A DNA stretch of 36,928 bases from a virus (IMGVR_UViG_2778261565_000018:1-36928); one strand, 5' to 3'. Numbered from the stretch's first letter, positions 8,996-17,774 are shown. Numbers and translations: made by a program. Notes: generated by a model not told the origin, from the letters alone.

Positions 8996-9130
8996 AGTGT
9001 TGTTTTTTAGCGTGGATGTATTGTCTCGGCGATGTAAGGAGAGATCAGAATTGCGTGGTTTAGTGGGTTGCATCTATTTATTTTTCAATAAATATAATTG
9101 GTTATGTGTTTTTAGGTGGGCGAACGTGAG

Positions 9131-9158
9131 GCAAAGAAAACCCGGCGCTGAGGCCGGG
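9131..9158 (-). terminator. Intrinsic terminator ending the cI-distal operon
   Basis: CCCGGC-6 nt loop-GCCGGG followed on minus strand by TTTTCTTTG, 5 nt after the 250-aa ORF stop. Confidence 0.6.
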
Positions 9159-9163
9159 TTGTA

Positions 9164-9916
9164 TTATGCTGCAAGTCTCTTAATCCAAGTCTCTCTTTTG
9201 GAGAATGGTAGAACTTGGCTTGATTCATGGAAGAGTAAGGAGAGTTGTTGCATTTGATCACCAATTGCTTCGCTGTCTATAACAACAAATCTGTTGTTAT
9301 ACTCCTCACTTGAAGCTTTAAGATCAATTAGTTTCCCAAGCAATGAGTAAGCACTATTCCAGCTTCCTCCGTGTTTCACGCTTGATGTAAAAACGTATTT
9401 AGGTATGTCGGTTTTTATTGTTACAGGGACGGTAATTTGATGTCCACTCAAGCCATATACGTTTTCACGAAGAGAAAGTGCGTCTCTAAGCTCTGTGTGA
9501 TATAGATAATCAATAACCATACTTTCAAACTTTTCAGCTTGAACTGGCTGATACCAGTCTAACGACAAAGTTGATGCGAGTATACCAGCTCTAATTATGT
9601 TCGATGTAATCGCACCGACATCCTTTTCTGTTGCCCAAGCAATGATTTCTCCTCGAGCATTGAGTTCTGCGCCTTCTTTAAGCAGTAATTGTCGTATCTC
9701 ATCAAGTCGTTTTTTGGTAAGCGAGATCCCTCTTGCCTCCATATTCATTAAGGCATCGCATCTGTCACTAACTAAATACCTACCATTGACTTCACGGATA
9801 AAGGCACCGACATGCTCTCCATCATCACAGTAAGTGAATGGACTGATAATTCTCAAGGTCTTGCCTATTGGATGGCATTCGAAACCTAGTTGTGAGATCA
9901 CTGTTGAGCACATCAT
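9164..9916 (-). CDS. Hypothetical protein B (250 aa), distal gene of rex-slot cassette
   Basis: ORF track; ATGATG start overlaps upstream ORF stop (ATGA); no family recognised; AT-rich. Confidence 0.6.
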   Translation of the reverse strand: MMCSTVISQLGFECHPIGKTLRIISPFTYCDDGEHVGAFIREVNGRYLVSDRCDALMNMEARGISLTKKRLDEIRQLLLKEGAELNARGEIIAWATEKDVGAITSNIIRAGILASTLSLDWYQPVQAEKFESMVIDYLYHTELRDALSLRENVYGLSGHQITVPVTIKTDIPKYVFTSSVKHGGSWNSAYSLLGKLIDLKASSEEYNNRFVVIDSEAIGDQMQQLSLLFHESSQVLPFSKRETWIKRLAA

Positions 9917-10470
9917 ATTCCAAACCCCATTTGCCCCGACTCATCTTCAAGCGGTAAAGGTATTCTCCCAGAGTAAGTTATGTTCAGATGTTTACAGAAG
10001 TAATTCCAATACCCTACCAGGTCATCTGGGTTTATGTCATCTTCGATTGGAAACGCTATTCTATCACTATAGTATCCAGCTTCTTCATAGTATACATGGT
10101 AGTGAGCACCGTAAATGATATCTTGGTACTTCGGATGATCGACCTTGTAACTATTCGTGTGTTTGTCAAAGTGATAGGTATCTACCGCGAAAACCCTCTT
10201 GTTATGATAGAAAGCAATAATATTTATTTTAGGGTAAGAAATCGGGTCATCAGGTTCTGAATCCTGATCTGGTTTCCATTTCAGTTCAAACTTTAGCCCT
10301 TGTATAGGTATACAATCCTCATCCAAGGGGATGATATGAGCTTGTAGCCACATATCAGAGCGACTTGGTTTCTGTTTCCATTTAACGCCAGAAAAGTTAA
10401 CTATTTTTTTACAATAAAGTACTTTATCAACTTCTACTTGGCTTGGCTGATAATCATCTATTTTTGCCAA
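9913..10470 (-). CDS. Hypothetical protein A (up to 185 aa), proximal gene of rex-slot cassette
   Basis: ORF track; co-directional with cI, 39 nt downstream; only a TTG start at 10470 or an internal ATG near 10353; no family recognised. Confidence 0.5.
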   Translation of the reverse strand: MAKIDDYQPSQVEVDKVLYCKKIVNFSGVKWKQKPSRSDMWLQAHIIPLDEDCIPIQGLKFELKWKPDQDSEPDDPISYPKINIIAFYHNKRVFAVDTYHFDKHTNSYKVDHPKYQDIIYGAHYHVYYEEAGYYSDRIAFPIEDDINPDDLVGYWNYFCKHLNITYSGRIPLPLEDESGQMGFGI

Positions 10471-10509
10471 TGTTTACCGCCCTGTAAATTGTAGATAAAA
10501 GTGGTTTCA

Positions 10510-11169
10510 TCACCCAAACGTCTCTTCAGGCCATTGGCTGGCGATAACTTTCCCCACAACGGAACAACTCTCATTGCATGGGATCATTGGGTATTGTGGG
10601 TTTAGTGGCTGTAGAAACACCTGACCGCTATCCCTGATCAGTTTCTTGAAGGTAAATTCATCACCACCAAGTCTGGCTATGCAGAAATCGCCGGGCTCAA
10701 CAGCTTGCTCAGGGTCAACCAGAATTAACATCCCGTCAGGAAAGCTGGGTTTGGAACCTGTTGGTGCGGTCATTGAGTTACCTTCAACCTCAAGCCAGAA
10801 TGCAGAGTCACTGGCTTTTTTGGTTGTGCTTACCAATCTCTCCGCATCGCCTTTGGTAAAGGTTCTGAGTTCTGGAGAGAACATCCCAGCCTGAACATGA
10901 GAAAAAACAGGGTACTCATATTGTTTTTTAACTGGGGCCGATGAGTATTCGCCAACAGGTGAAAATGTCCCGTCGTGGTTGAATGATATGTTATCAATAC
11001 CAAGGTATTTAAACACCACACCAATATCACTAAGAGATGGATGACGAGATCCGCGCAACCAGTGTCCAATCCCACCCTGCGTCATACCTAGCTCTTCGGC
11101 TAACTTCTCTTGAGTTATGCCGAGCTCTTTCATTCTGGATCTAGCCAGTTCATACCATTTCATTTTCAT
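10510..11169 (-). CDS. cI: CI-type repressor: XRE-family HTH N-domain plus lambda-cI-identical C-terminal S24 domain
   Basis: C-terminal about 135 aa ([21 protein letters not shown]...QWPEETFG) match lambda cI; N-terminal HTH differs; start taken at MKMKWYEL, alternatives upstream. Confidence 0.9.
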   Translation of the reverse strand: MKMKWYELARSRMKELGITQEKLAEELGMTQGGIGHWLRGSRHPSLSDIGVVFKYLGIDNISFNHDGTFSPVGEYSSAPVKKQYEYPVFSHVQAGMFSPELRTFTKGDAERLVSTTKKASDSAFWLEVEGNSMTAPTGSKPSFPDGMLILVDPEQAVEPGDFCIARLGGDEFTFKKLIRDSGQVFLQPLNPQYPMIPCNESCSVVGKVIASQWPEETFG

Positions 11170-11278
11170 GTCCTTATTATTACGCTTTGTACTGGAACCA
11201 TCCATGCACAATGTGTATTTTTACTTGTATTCGTAAAGTACATATTGTATTTTTATTCGTGTTTACTATGGAGGGCAT
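11170..11278 (+). promoter_or_regulatory. OR operator region with divergent pR/pRM
   Basis: Between divergent cI and cro; TTGTAT-17 bp-TATTTT candidate pR; motifs GTAAAGTACATAT and ACGCTTTGTA shared with OL. Confidence 0.5.
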
Positions 11279-11494
11279 ATGAGCAACCTACGAAAATATC
11301 GAGAGTCACTGAATATCTCTCAAACAACACTTGCTAAGGCAGTTGGATGCACACAGGGAGCTATCGGACATTGGGAATCTGGTCGTCGCTTCCCAGACCT
11401 TAAAACATGCCGTGCTCTTGTTGCATGCCTAAACAAGTTAGGCGCAAAAGTCAGTCTTGATGACGTGTTCCCGCCGGAACACAAAGCCGCTTAA
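11279..11494 (+). CDS. cro: Cro-like repressor (HTH), 71 aa, non-lambda type
   Basis: HTH motif ISQTTLAKAVGCTQGAIGHWESG; first rightward gene from OR; GGAGGG RBS. Confidence 0.8.
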   Translation: MSNLRKYRESLNISQTTLAKAVGCTQGAIGHWESGRRFPDLKTCRALVACLNKLGAKVSLDDVFPPEHKAA

Positions 11495-11504
11495 TAAGCG
11501 GATC

Positions 11505-11550
11505 CGCTCTTTGTAACAACGGACATTCGTCCTACGTCGCTGAAAAGCGA
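11505..11550 (+). promoter_or_regulatory. nutR: nutR (boxA CGCTCTTT; boxB UCGCU-GAAA-AGCGA)
   Basis: boxA-like motif then GNRA-loop hairpin; mirrors nutL. Confidence 0.6.
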
Positions 11551-11579
11551 GTTCCAAGATATCTGACCAACTAAGGCCA

Positions 11580-11597
11580 TATGCGTTTCCACGCATA
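11580..11597 (+). terminator. Candidate tR1-region hairpin
   Basis: TATGCGT-ttcc-ACGCATA between nutR and cII; no strong T-run. Confidence 0.3.
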
Positions 11598-11635
11598 CCT
11601 TTCAACTAACTATTCACTATTGGAAATCTTAAGAA

Positions 11636-11932
11636 ATGGAAAGAACAAGTTACAGCAAACTATCACAGCGTGACGTTGATCGCGCAGAAACAGATTTACT
11701 TATCAATCTGTCAGCTATTACCCAGCGCGGTCTGGCAAAGATGATTGGCTGTCATGAATCGAAGATAAGCAGAACGGACTGGAGATTTATTGCTTCGGTC
11801 TTGTGTGCTTTCGGAATGGCATCAGACATAAGTCCGATTAGCAGGGCTTTTAAGTATGCGCTTGATGGATTCACCAATAAAAAACGCCCGGCGGCAACCG
11901 AGCGTTCTGAACAAATCCAGATGGAATTCTGA
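11636..11932 (+). CDS. cII: CII transcriptional activator (hybrid: lambda-identical C terminus)
   Basis: C-terminal NKKRPAATERSEQIQMEF matches lambda CII; N-terminal part differs. Confidence 0.85.
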   Translation: MERTSYSKLSQRDVDRAETDLLINLSAITQRGLAKMIGCHESKISRTDWRFIASVLCAFGMASDISPISRAFKYALDGFTNKKRPAATERSEQIQMEF

Positions 11933-11964
11933 GGTCATTACTGGATCAATCCACAGGAGTCATT

Positions 11965-12864
11965 ATGACAAATACAGCAAAAATACTCAACTTCTGCAGA
12001 GGTAACTTTGCCAAACAGGAGCGTAATGTGGCAGATCTCGATGATGGTTACGCCAGACTATCAAATATGCTGCTTGAGGCTTATTCGGGCGCAGATCTGA
12101 CCAAGCGACAGTTTAAAGTGCTGCTTGCCATTCTGCGTAAAACCTATGGGTGGAATAAACCAATGGACAGAATCACCGATTCTCAACTTAGCGAGATTAC
12201 AAAGTTACCTGTCAAACGGTGCAATGAAGCCAAGTTAGAACTCGTCAGAATGAATATTATCAAGCAGCAAGGCGGCATGTTTGGACCAAATAAAAACATC
12301 TCAGAATGGTGTATCCCTCAAAACGAGGGACAATCCCCTAAAACGAGGGATAAAACATCCCTCAAATTGGGGGATTGCTATCCCTCAAAACAGGGGGACA
12401 CAAAAGACACTATTACAAAAGAAAAAAGAAAAGATTATTCGTCAGAGAATTCTGGCGAATCCTCTGACCAGCCAGAAAACGATCTTTCTGTGGTTAAACC
12501 GGATGCTGCAATTCAGAGCGGCAGCAAGTGGGGGACAGCAGAAGACCTGACCGCCGCAGAGTGGATGTTTGACATGGTGAAGACTATCGCACCATCAGCC
12601 AGAAAACCGAATTTTGCTGGGTGGGCTAACGATATCCGCCTGATGCGTGAACGTGACGGACGTAACCACCGCGACATGTGCGTGCTGTTCCGCTGGGCAT
12701 GCCAGGACAACTTCTGGTCCGGTAACGTGCTGAGCCCGGCCAAACTCCGCGATAAGTGGACCCAACTCGAAATCAACCGTAACAAGCAACAGGCTGGCGT
12801 GACAGCCGGAAAACCAAAACTCGACCTGACAAACACTGACTGGATTTACGGGGTGGATCTATGA
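11965..12864 (+). CDS. O: Replication initiator O, 299 aa
   Basis: Protein recognised as lambda O; contains ori iterons. Confidence 0.95.
   Translation: MTNTAKILNFCRGNFAKQERNVADLDDGYARLSNMLLEAYSGADLTKRQFKVLLAILRKTYGWNKPMDRITDSQLSEITKLPVKRCNEAKLELVRMNIIKQQGGMFGPNKNISEWCIPQNEGQSPKTRDKTSLKLGDCYPSKQGDTKDTITKEKRKDYSSENSGESSDQPENDLSVVKPDAAIQSGSKWGTAEDLTAAEWMFDMVKTIAPSARKPNFAGWANDIRLMRERDGRNHRDMCVLFRWACQDNFWSGNVLSPAKLRDKWTQLEINRNKQQAGVTAGKPKLDLTNTDWIYGVDL
12312..12440 (+). repeat. ori-lambda: four about 19-bp iterons (ATCCCTCAAAACGAGGG-like) plus AT-rich region
   Basis: Four tandem iteron copies at about 12312-12399 followed by A-rich tract, inside O. Confidence 0.9.
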
Positions 12865-13562
12865 AAAACATCGCCGCACAGATGGTTAACTTTGACCGTG
12901 AGCAGATGCGTCGGATCGCCAACAACATGCCGGAACAGTACGACGAAAAGCCACAGGTACAGCAGGTAGCGCAGATCATCAACGGTGTGTTCAGCCAGTT
13001 ACTGGCAACTTTCCCGGCGAGTCTGGCTAACCGTGACCAGAACGAACTGAACGAAATCCGTCGCCAGTGGGTTCTGGCTTTTCGGGAAAACGGGATCACC
13101 ACGATGGAACAGGTTAACGCAGGAATGCGCGTAGCCCGTCGGCAGAATCGACCATTTCTGCCATCACCCGGGCAGTTTGTTGCATGGTGCCGGGAAGAAG
13201 CATCCGTTATCGCCGGACTGCCAAACGTCAGCGAGCTGGTTGATATGGTTTACGAGTATTGCCGGAAGCGAGGCCTGTATCCGGATGCGGAGTCTTATCC
13301 GTGGAAATCAAACGCGCACTACTGGCTGGTTACCAACCTGTATCAGAACATGCGGGCCAATGCGCTTACTGATGCGGAATTACGCCGTAAGGCCGCAGAT
13401 GAGCTTGTCCATATGACTGCGAGAATTAACCGTGGTGAGGCGATCCCTGAACCAGTAAAACAACTTCCTGTCATGGGCGGTAGACCTCTAAATCGTGCAC
13501 AGGCTCTGGCGAAGATCGCAGAAATCAAAGCTAAGTTCGGACTAAAAGGAGCAAGTGTATGA
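12861..13562 (+). CDS. P: Replication protein P (DnaB loader), 233 aa
   Basis: Protein recognised as lambda P. Confidence 0.95.
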   Translation: MKNIAAQMVNFDREQMRRIANNMPEQYDEKPQVQQVAQIINGVFSQLLATFPASLANRDQNELNEIRRQWVLAFRENGITTMEQVNAGMRVARRQNRPFLPSPGQFVAWCREEASVIAGLPNVSELVDMVYEYCRKRGLYPDAESYPWKSNAHYWLVTNLYQNMRANALTDAELRRKAADELVHMTARINRGEAIPEPVKQLPVMGGRPLNRAQALAKIAEIKAKFGLKGASV

Positions 13563-13849
13563 CGGGCAAAGAGGCAATTATTCATTACCTGGGGACGCAT
13601 AATAGCTTCTGTGCGCCGGACGTTGCCGCGCTAACAGGCGCAACAGTAACCAGCATAAATCAGGCCGCGGCTAAAATGGCACGGGCAGGTCTTCTGGTTA
13701 TCGAAGGTAAGGTCTGGCGAACGGTGTATTACCGGTTTGCTACTAGGGAAGAACGGGAAGGAAAGATGAGCACGAACCTGATTTTTAAGGAGTGTCGCCA
13801 GAGTGCCGCGATGAAACGGGTATTGGCGGTATATGGAGTTAAAAGATGA
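13559..13849 (+). CDS. ren: Ren, 96 aa
   Basis: Protein recognised as lambda Ren. Confidence 0.9.
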   Translation: MTGKEAIIHYLGTHNSFCAPDVAALTGATVTSINQAAAKMARAGLLVIEGKVWRTVYYRFATREEREGKMSTNLIFKECRQSAAMKRVLAVYGVKR

Positions 13850-13874
13850 CCATCTACATTACTGAGCTAATAAC

Positions 13875-13906
13875 AGGCCTGCTGGTAATCGCAGGCCTTT
13901 TTATTT
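13875..13906 (+). terminator. Intrinsic terminator (tR2-like) before nin region
   Basis: AGGCCTGC-8 nt loop-GCAGGCCT followed by TTTTTATTT. Confidence 0.75.
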
Positions 13907-13922
13907 GGGGGAGAGGGAAGTC

Positions 13923-14363
13923 ATGAAAAAACTAACCTTTGAAATTCGATCTCCAGCACATCAGCAAAACGCTATTCACGCAGTACAGCAAATCCTTCCA
14001 GACCCAACCAAACCAATCGTAGTAACCATTCAGGAACGCAACCGCAGCTTAGACCAAAACAGGAAGCTATGGGCCTGCTTAGGTGACGTCTCTCGTCAGG
14101 TTGAATGGCATGGTCGCTGGCTGGATGCAGAAAGCTGGAAGTGTGTGTTTACCGCAGCATTAAAGCAGCAGGATGTTGTTCCTAACCTTGCCGGGAATGG
14201 CTTTGTGGTAATAGGCCAGTCAACCAGCAGGATGCGTGTAGGCGAATTTGCGGAGCTATTAGAGCTTATACAGGCATTCGGTACAGAGCGTGGCGTTAAG
14301 TGGTCAGACGAAGCGAGACTGGCTCTGGAGTGGAAAGCGAGATGGGGAGATCGGGCTGCATGA
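13923..14363 (+). CDS. ninB: NinB (Orf family recombination protein), 146 aa
   Basis: MKKLTFEIRSPAHQQNAIHAVQQ matches lambda NinB. Confidence 0.9.
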   Translation: MKKLTFEIRSPAHQQNAIHAVQQILPDPTKPIVVTIQERNRSLDQNRKLWACLGDVSRQVEWHGRWLDAESWKCVFTAALKQQDVVPNLAGNGFVVIGQSTSRMRVGEFAELLELIQAFGTERGVKWSDEARLALEWKARWGDRAA

Positions 14364-14887
14364 CTATCAAATCAAATACGCCAGCACACGACAAGGACTG
14401 CTGGCAAACGCCGCTTTGGCTTTTTGATGCACTGGATATTGAGTTTGGATTCTGGCTGGATTCGGCAGCGAGCGACAAAAATGCTCTGTGTGCTCACTGG
14501 CTAACTGAGGCCGACGACGCGCTCAATTCTGAGTGGGTAAGCCACGGTGCAATCTGGAATAACCCACCGTACAGCAATATCAGGCCGTGGGTGGAAAAAG
14601 CCGCTGAGCAGTGCATACAACAGCGACAGACGGTAGTTATGCTTGTGCCAGAGGATATGTCAGTCGGATGGTTCAGCAAGGCTCTGGAGAGTATTGACGA
14701 AGTTCGCATCATCACTGATGGACGGATTAATTTTATCGAACCATCGACAGGGCTGGAGAAGAAGGGAAACAGCAAAGGTTCCATGCTGCTGATTTGGCGA
14801 CCGTTCATCAATCCTCGACGGATGTTTACTACCGTATCCAAAGCGGCATTGATGGCGATCGGGCAGGGCGTCAGGAGGGCAGCATGA
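14360..14887 (+). CDS. Phage-type DNA N6-adenine methyltransferase (Dam-like, orphan), 175 aa
   Basis: NPPY catalytic motif ([10 protein letters not shown]); occupies the lambda ninC/ninD slot; ATGA coupling with ninB. Confidence 0.8.
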   Translation: MTIKSNTPAHDKDCWQTPLWLFDALDIEFGFWLDSAASDKNALCAHWLTEADDALNSEWVSHGAIWNNPPYSNIRPWVEKAAEQCIQQRQTVVMLVPEDMSVGWFSKALESIDEVRIITDGRINFIEPSTGLEKKGNSKGSMLLIWRPFINPRRMFTTVSKAALMAIGQGVRRAA

Positions 14888-15066
14888 GACGACAGCGACG
14901 AAGTATCACCGACATCATCTGCGAAAACTGCAAATACCTTCCAACGAAGCGCTCCAGAAATAAACGCAAGCCAATCCCAAAAGAATCTGACGTAAAAACC
15001 TTCAACTACACGGCTCACCTGTGGGATATCCGGTGGCTTAGAGAACGTGCGAGGAAAACAAGGTGA
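14884..15066 (+). CDS. ninE: NinE, 60 aa
   Basis: [30 protein letters not shown] matches lambda NinE. Confidence 0.85.
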   Translation: MRRQRRSITDIICENCKYLPTKRSRNKRKPIPKESDVKTFNYTAHLWDIRWLRERARKTR

Positions 15067-15311
15067 TTGACCAAAATCGAAGTTACGAACAAGGAAGTGT
15101 CGAGCGAGCTTTAACGTGCGCTAACTGCGGTCAGAAGCTGCATGTGCTGGAAGTTCACGTGTGTGAGCACTGCTGCGCAGAACTGATGAGCGATCCGAAT
15201 AGCTCGATGCACGAGGAAGAAGACGATGTAAAAACGATGAATGTCGGGAATGGTTTCACCCTGCATTCGCCAATCAGTGGTGGTGCTCTCCAGAGTGTGG
15301 AACCAAGATAG
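15063..15311 (+). CDS. ninF: NinF variant (82 aa) with altered C terminus reading out of frame into the ninG region
   Basis: GTG start; first about 55 aa match lambda NinF, then continues across sequence that encodes Rap in another frame. Confidence 0.6.
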   Translation: MIDQNRSYEQGSVERALTCANCGQKLHVLEVHVCEHCCAELMSDPNSSMHEEEDDVKTMNVGNGFTLHSPISGGALQSVEPR

Positions 15312-15814
15312 CACTCGAACGACGAAGCAAAGAACGCGAAAAAGCGGAAAAGGCAGCAGAGAAGAAACGACGACGAGAGGAGCAGAAACAGAAAGATAAA
15401 CTTAAGATTCGAAAACTCGCCTTAAAGCCCCGCAGTTACTGGATTAAACAAGCCCAACAAGCCGTAAACGCCTTCATCAGAGAAAGAGACCGCGACTTAC
15501 CATGTATCTCGTGCGGAACGCTCACGTCTGCTCAGTGGGATGCCGGGCATTACCGGACAACTGCTGCGGCGCCTCAACTCCGATTTGATGAACGCAATAT
15601 TCACAAGCAATGCGTGGTGTGCAACCAGCACAAAAGCGGAAATCTCGTTCCGTATCGCGTCGAACTGATTAACCGCATCGGGCAGGAAGCAGTAGACGAA
15701 ATCGAATCAAACCATAACTGCCATCGCTGGACTGTCGAAGAGTGCAGGGCCATCAAGGCGGAGTATCAACAGAAACTTAAAAAACTGCGAAACAGCAGAA
15801 GTGAGGCTGCATGA
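15203..15814 (+). pseudogene. ninG: ninG/rap homologous frame lacking a start codon (probable 5'-truncated pseudogene or unconventional expression)
   Basis: Frame encodes [28 protein letters not shown]...NSRSEAA (Rap-like) but opens directly after a TAG with no ATG/GTG/TTG until codon for V at 15614. Confidence 0.6.
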
Positions 15815-16482
15815 ATATCTACGAAAGAATTGATGGCAGCAAATACCGAAATATTTGGGTAGTTGGCGATCTGCACGGATGCTACACGAACCTGATGAAC
15901 AAACTGGATACGATTGGATTCGACAACAAAAAAGACCTGCTTATCTCGGTGGGCGATTTGGTTGATCGTGGTGCAGAGAACGTTGAATGCCTGGAATTAA
16001 TCACATTCCCCTGGTTCAGAGCTGTACGTGGAAACCATGAGCAAATGATGATTGATGGCTTATCAGAGCGTGGAAACGTTAATCACTGGCTGCTTAATGG
16101 CGGTGGCTGGTTCTTTAATCTCGATTACGACAAAGAAATTCTGGCTAAAGCTCTTGCCCATAAAGCAGAAGAACTTCCGTTAATCATCGAACTGGTGAGC
16201 AAAGGTAAAAAATATGTCATCTGCCACGCCGATTATCCTTGTGACGAATACGAATTTGGAAAGCCAGTTGATCATCAGCAGGTAATCTGGAACCGCGAAC
16301 GAATCAGCAACTCACAAGACGGGATCGTTAAAGAAATTAAAGGCGCGGACACGTTTATCTTTGGTCATACGCCAGCAGTGAAGCCACTCAAATTTGCCAA
16401 CCAGATGTATATCGATACTGGGGCAGTGTTCTGCGGAAATCTCACATTGATTCAGGTACAGGGAGAAGGCGCGTGGGCATAA
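15811..16482 (+). CDS. ninI: NinI Ser/Thr protein phosphatase (lambda PPase), 223 aa
   Basis: GDLHG and GNHE metallophosphatase motifs; recognised as lambda phosphatase. Confidence 0.9.
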   Translation: MNIYERIDGSKYRNIWVVGDLHGCYTNLMNKLDTIGFDNKKDLLISVGDLVDRGAENVECLELITFPWFRAVRGNHEQMMIDGLSERGNVNHWLLNGGGWFFNLDYDKEILAKALAHKAEELPLIIELVSKGKKYVICHADYPCDEYEFGKPVDHQQVIWNRERISNSQDGIVKEIKGADTFIFGHTPAVKPLKFANQMYIDTGAVFCGNLTLIQVQGEGAWA

Positions 16483-16961
16483 GAGAACTAAACCTCACCA
16501 AAGAACAGCATGAGTGGCTGAATGGCTGGCTTGAACTGTGGGGCGCATGGGTTTATTCAGGTCGTCTGGAAAAGCGCATGAGCAGCGTAATAGCGACGTT
16601 CATGGAGAGCGTAGAGCCGGGAAGAGTTATGACAAGGCCAATGTGTAATGATGATGATGGAATGTTGATTTCTCAGGTCGTCGATTCCGTCATGTACATT
16701 GACAAGAAAGCCTTTGGAATCCTCCTCAGCTACTACGCTCATGGCTCTTCCAAGCACGCCATTGCATCTTACTATCATCGCGTCGCAAGACCTCGCAAGA
16801 TGTTATGCCGTGGCGGCGGGCGCATTCAAAAACCATCGCTCGCAACCTGTCGACGGGAAGTTGACGAAATCCTTAATGCCTCGTTGTTTATGATTTACCC
16901 GGTTCTGGATAGTGCGTTTAAAAATCGGAAACGTGTAGAGAAAATTAAACATGTAGCATAG
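16473..16961 (+). CDS. Q: Late-gene antiterminator Q (non-lambda type), about 162 aa
   Basis: Position between nin genes and lysis cassette; not lambda Q; GTG start overlapping ninI stop, start uncertain. Confidence 0.6.
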   Translation: MGIRELNLTKEQHEWLNGWLELWGAWVYSGRLEKRMSSVIATFMESVEPGRVMTRPMCNDDDGMLISQVVDSVMYIDKKAFGILLSYYAHGSSKHAIASYYHRVARPRKMLCRGGGRIQKPSLATCRREVDEILNASLFMIYPVLDSAFKNRKRVEKIKHVA

Positions 16962-16966
16962 AACGT

Positions 16967-17048
16967 GTTGACATCATTGAGCAAATGAGCAACACTATTG
17001 GCATAAGCTGCCGTTAGTGACTCTTAAGTTGCAACGGTGGCTTTTTTT
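16967..17048 (+). promoter_or_regulatory. Putative late promoter PR' (TTGACA -35 at 16967-16972) and short-leader terminator (17007-17048)
   Basis: Consensus -35 just after Q; hairpin GCUGCCGUU-17 nt loop-AACGGUGGC followed by T7; -10 not cleanly defined. Confidence 0.45.
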
Positions 17049-17052
17049 ATTT

Positions 17053-17127
17053 GGGTCAGTCGTATAAAGGTCATTACGGAAGGCTGTTAACCTTCTTATC
17101 GTGGTTCGAGTCCACGCTGTCCCGCCA
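17053..17127 (+). tRNA. tRNA-like gene, anticodon GUU (Asn) by manual fold; one U-U mismatch in acceptor stem
   Basis: Hand-folded cloverleaf: 5-bp anticodon stem GAAGG/CCTTC, loop CTGTTAA, T-arm CGTGG-TTCGAGT-CCACG, 3' GCCA. Confidence 0.5.
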
Positions 17128-17132
17128 AATAT

Positions 17133-17208
17133 GCTGGTTTAGCTCCAATGGTAGAGCAGTCGCCTTGTAAGCGAATGGGTAGCGGTTCAAGTCCGTTAAC
17201 CAGCACCA
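17133..17208 (+). tRNA. tRNA, anticodon UGU (Thr) by manual fold, encoded CCA
   Basis: Perfect 7-bp acceptor stem GCTGGTT/AACCAGC, D-arm GCTC/GAGC, anticodon loop CTTGTAA, T-loop TTCAAGT, ACCA end. Confidence 0.65.
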
Positions 17209-17450
17209 TAACTGAGCCGTAGCCACTGGCTATCCTGAATTCATCAGTGATAGTTACGCTGCGGCATTCTACGCATGACCTTCGTGAAAGCGGGTGGCAA
17301 GAGGCTGCGCTAACAACCTCCTGCCGTTTTGCCCGTGCATATCGGTCACGAACAAATCTGATTACTAAACACAGTAGCCTGGATTTGTTCTATCAGTAAT
17401 CGACATTATTCCTAATTAAATAGAGCAAATCCCCTTATTGTGGGTAAGAC

Positions 17451-17774
17451 ATGAAGATGCCAGAAAAACATGACCTGTTAGCCGCCATTCTCGCGGCAAA
17501 GGAACAAGGCATCGGGGCAATCCTTGCGTTTGCAATGGCGTACCTTCGCGGCAGATATAATGGCGGTGCGTTTACAAAAACAGTAATCGACGCAACGATG
17601 TGCGCCATTATCGCCTGGTTCATTCGTGACCTTCTCGACTTCGCCGGACTAAGTAGCAATCTCGCTTATATAACGAGCGTGTTCATCGGCTACATCGGTA
17701 CTGACTCGATTGGTTCGCTTATCAAACGCTTCGCTGCTAAAAAAGCCGGAGTAGAAGATGGTGGAAATCAATAA
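17451..17774 (+). CDS. S: Holin/antiholin S (S107/S105 dual start), 107 aa
   Basis: [22 protein letters not shown] matches lambda S with Met1-Lys2-Met3 dual-start motif. Confidence 0.95.
   Translation: MKMPEKHDLLAAILAAKEQGIGAILAFAMAYLRGRYNGGAFTKTVIDATMCAIIAWFIRDLLDFAGLSSNLAYITSVFIGYIGTDSIGSLIKRFAAKKAGVEDGGNQ

Noticed and set aside
8967-9257. 96-aa plus-strand ORF
   Set aside because: Spans the pL/OL control region and the minus-strand terminator; no RBS; region better explained as regulatory.
12312-12440. Tandem repeats considered as a CRISPR-like array
   Set aside because: These are the four ori-lambda iterons inside O with an adjacent AT-rich region; no spacer-repeat periodicity.
17209-17300. 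Possible third tRNA after the two tRNA-like genes
   Set aside because: No T-loop or cloverleaf found by eye; this stretch matches the lambda sequence upstream of S.
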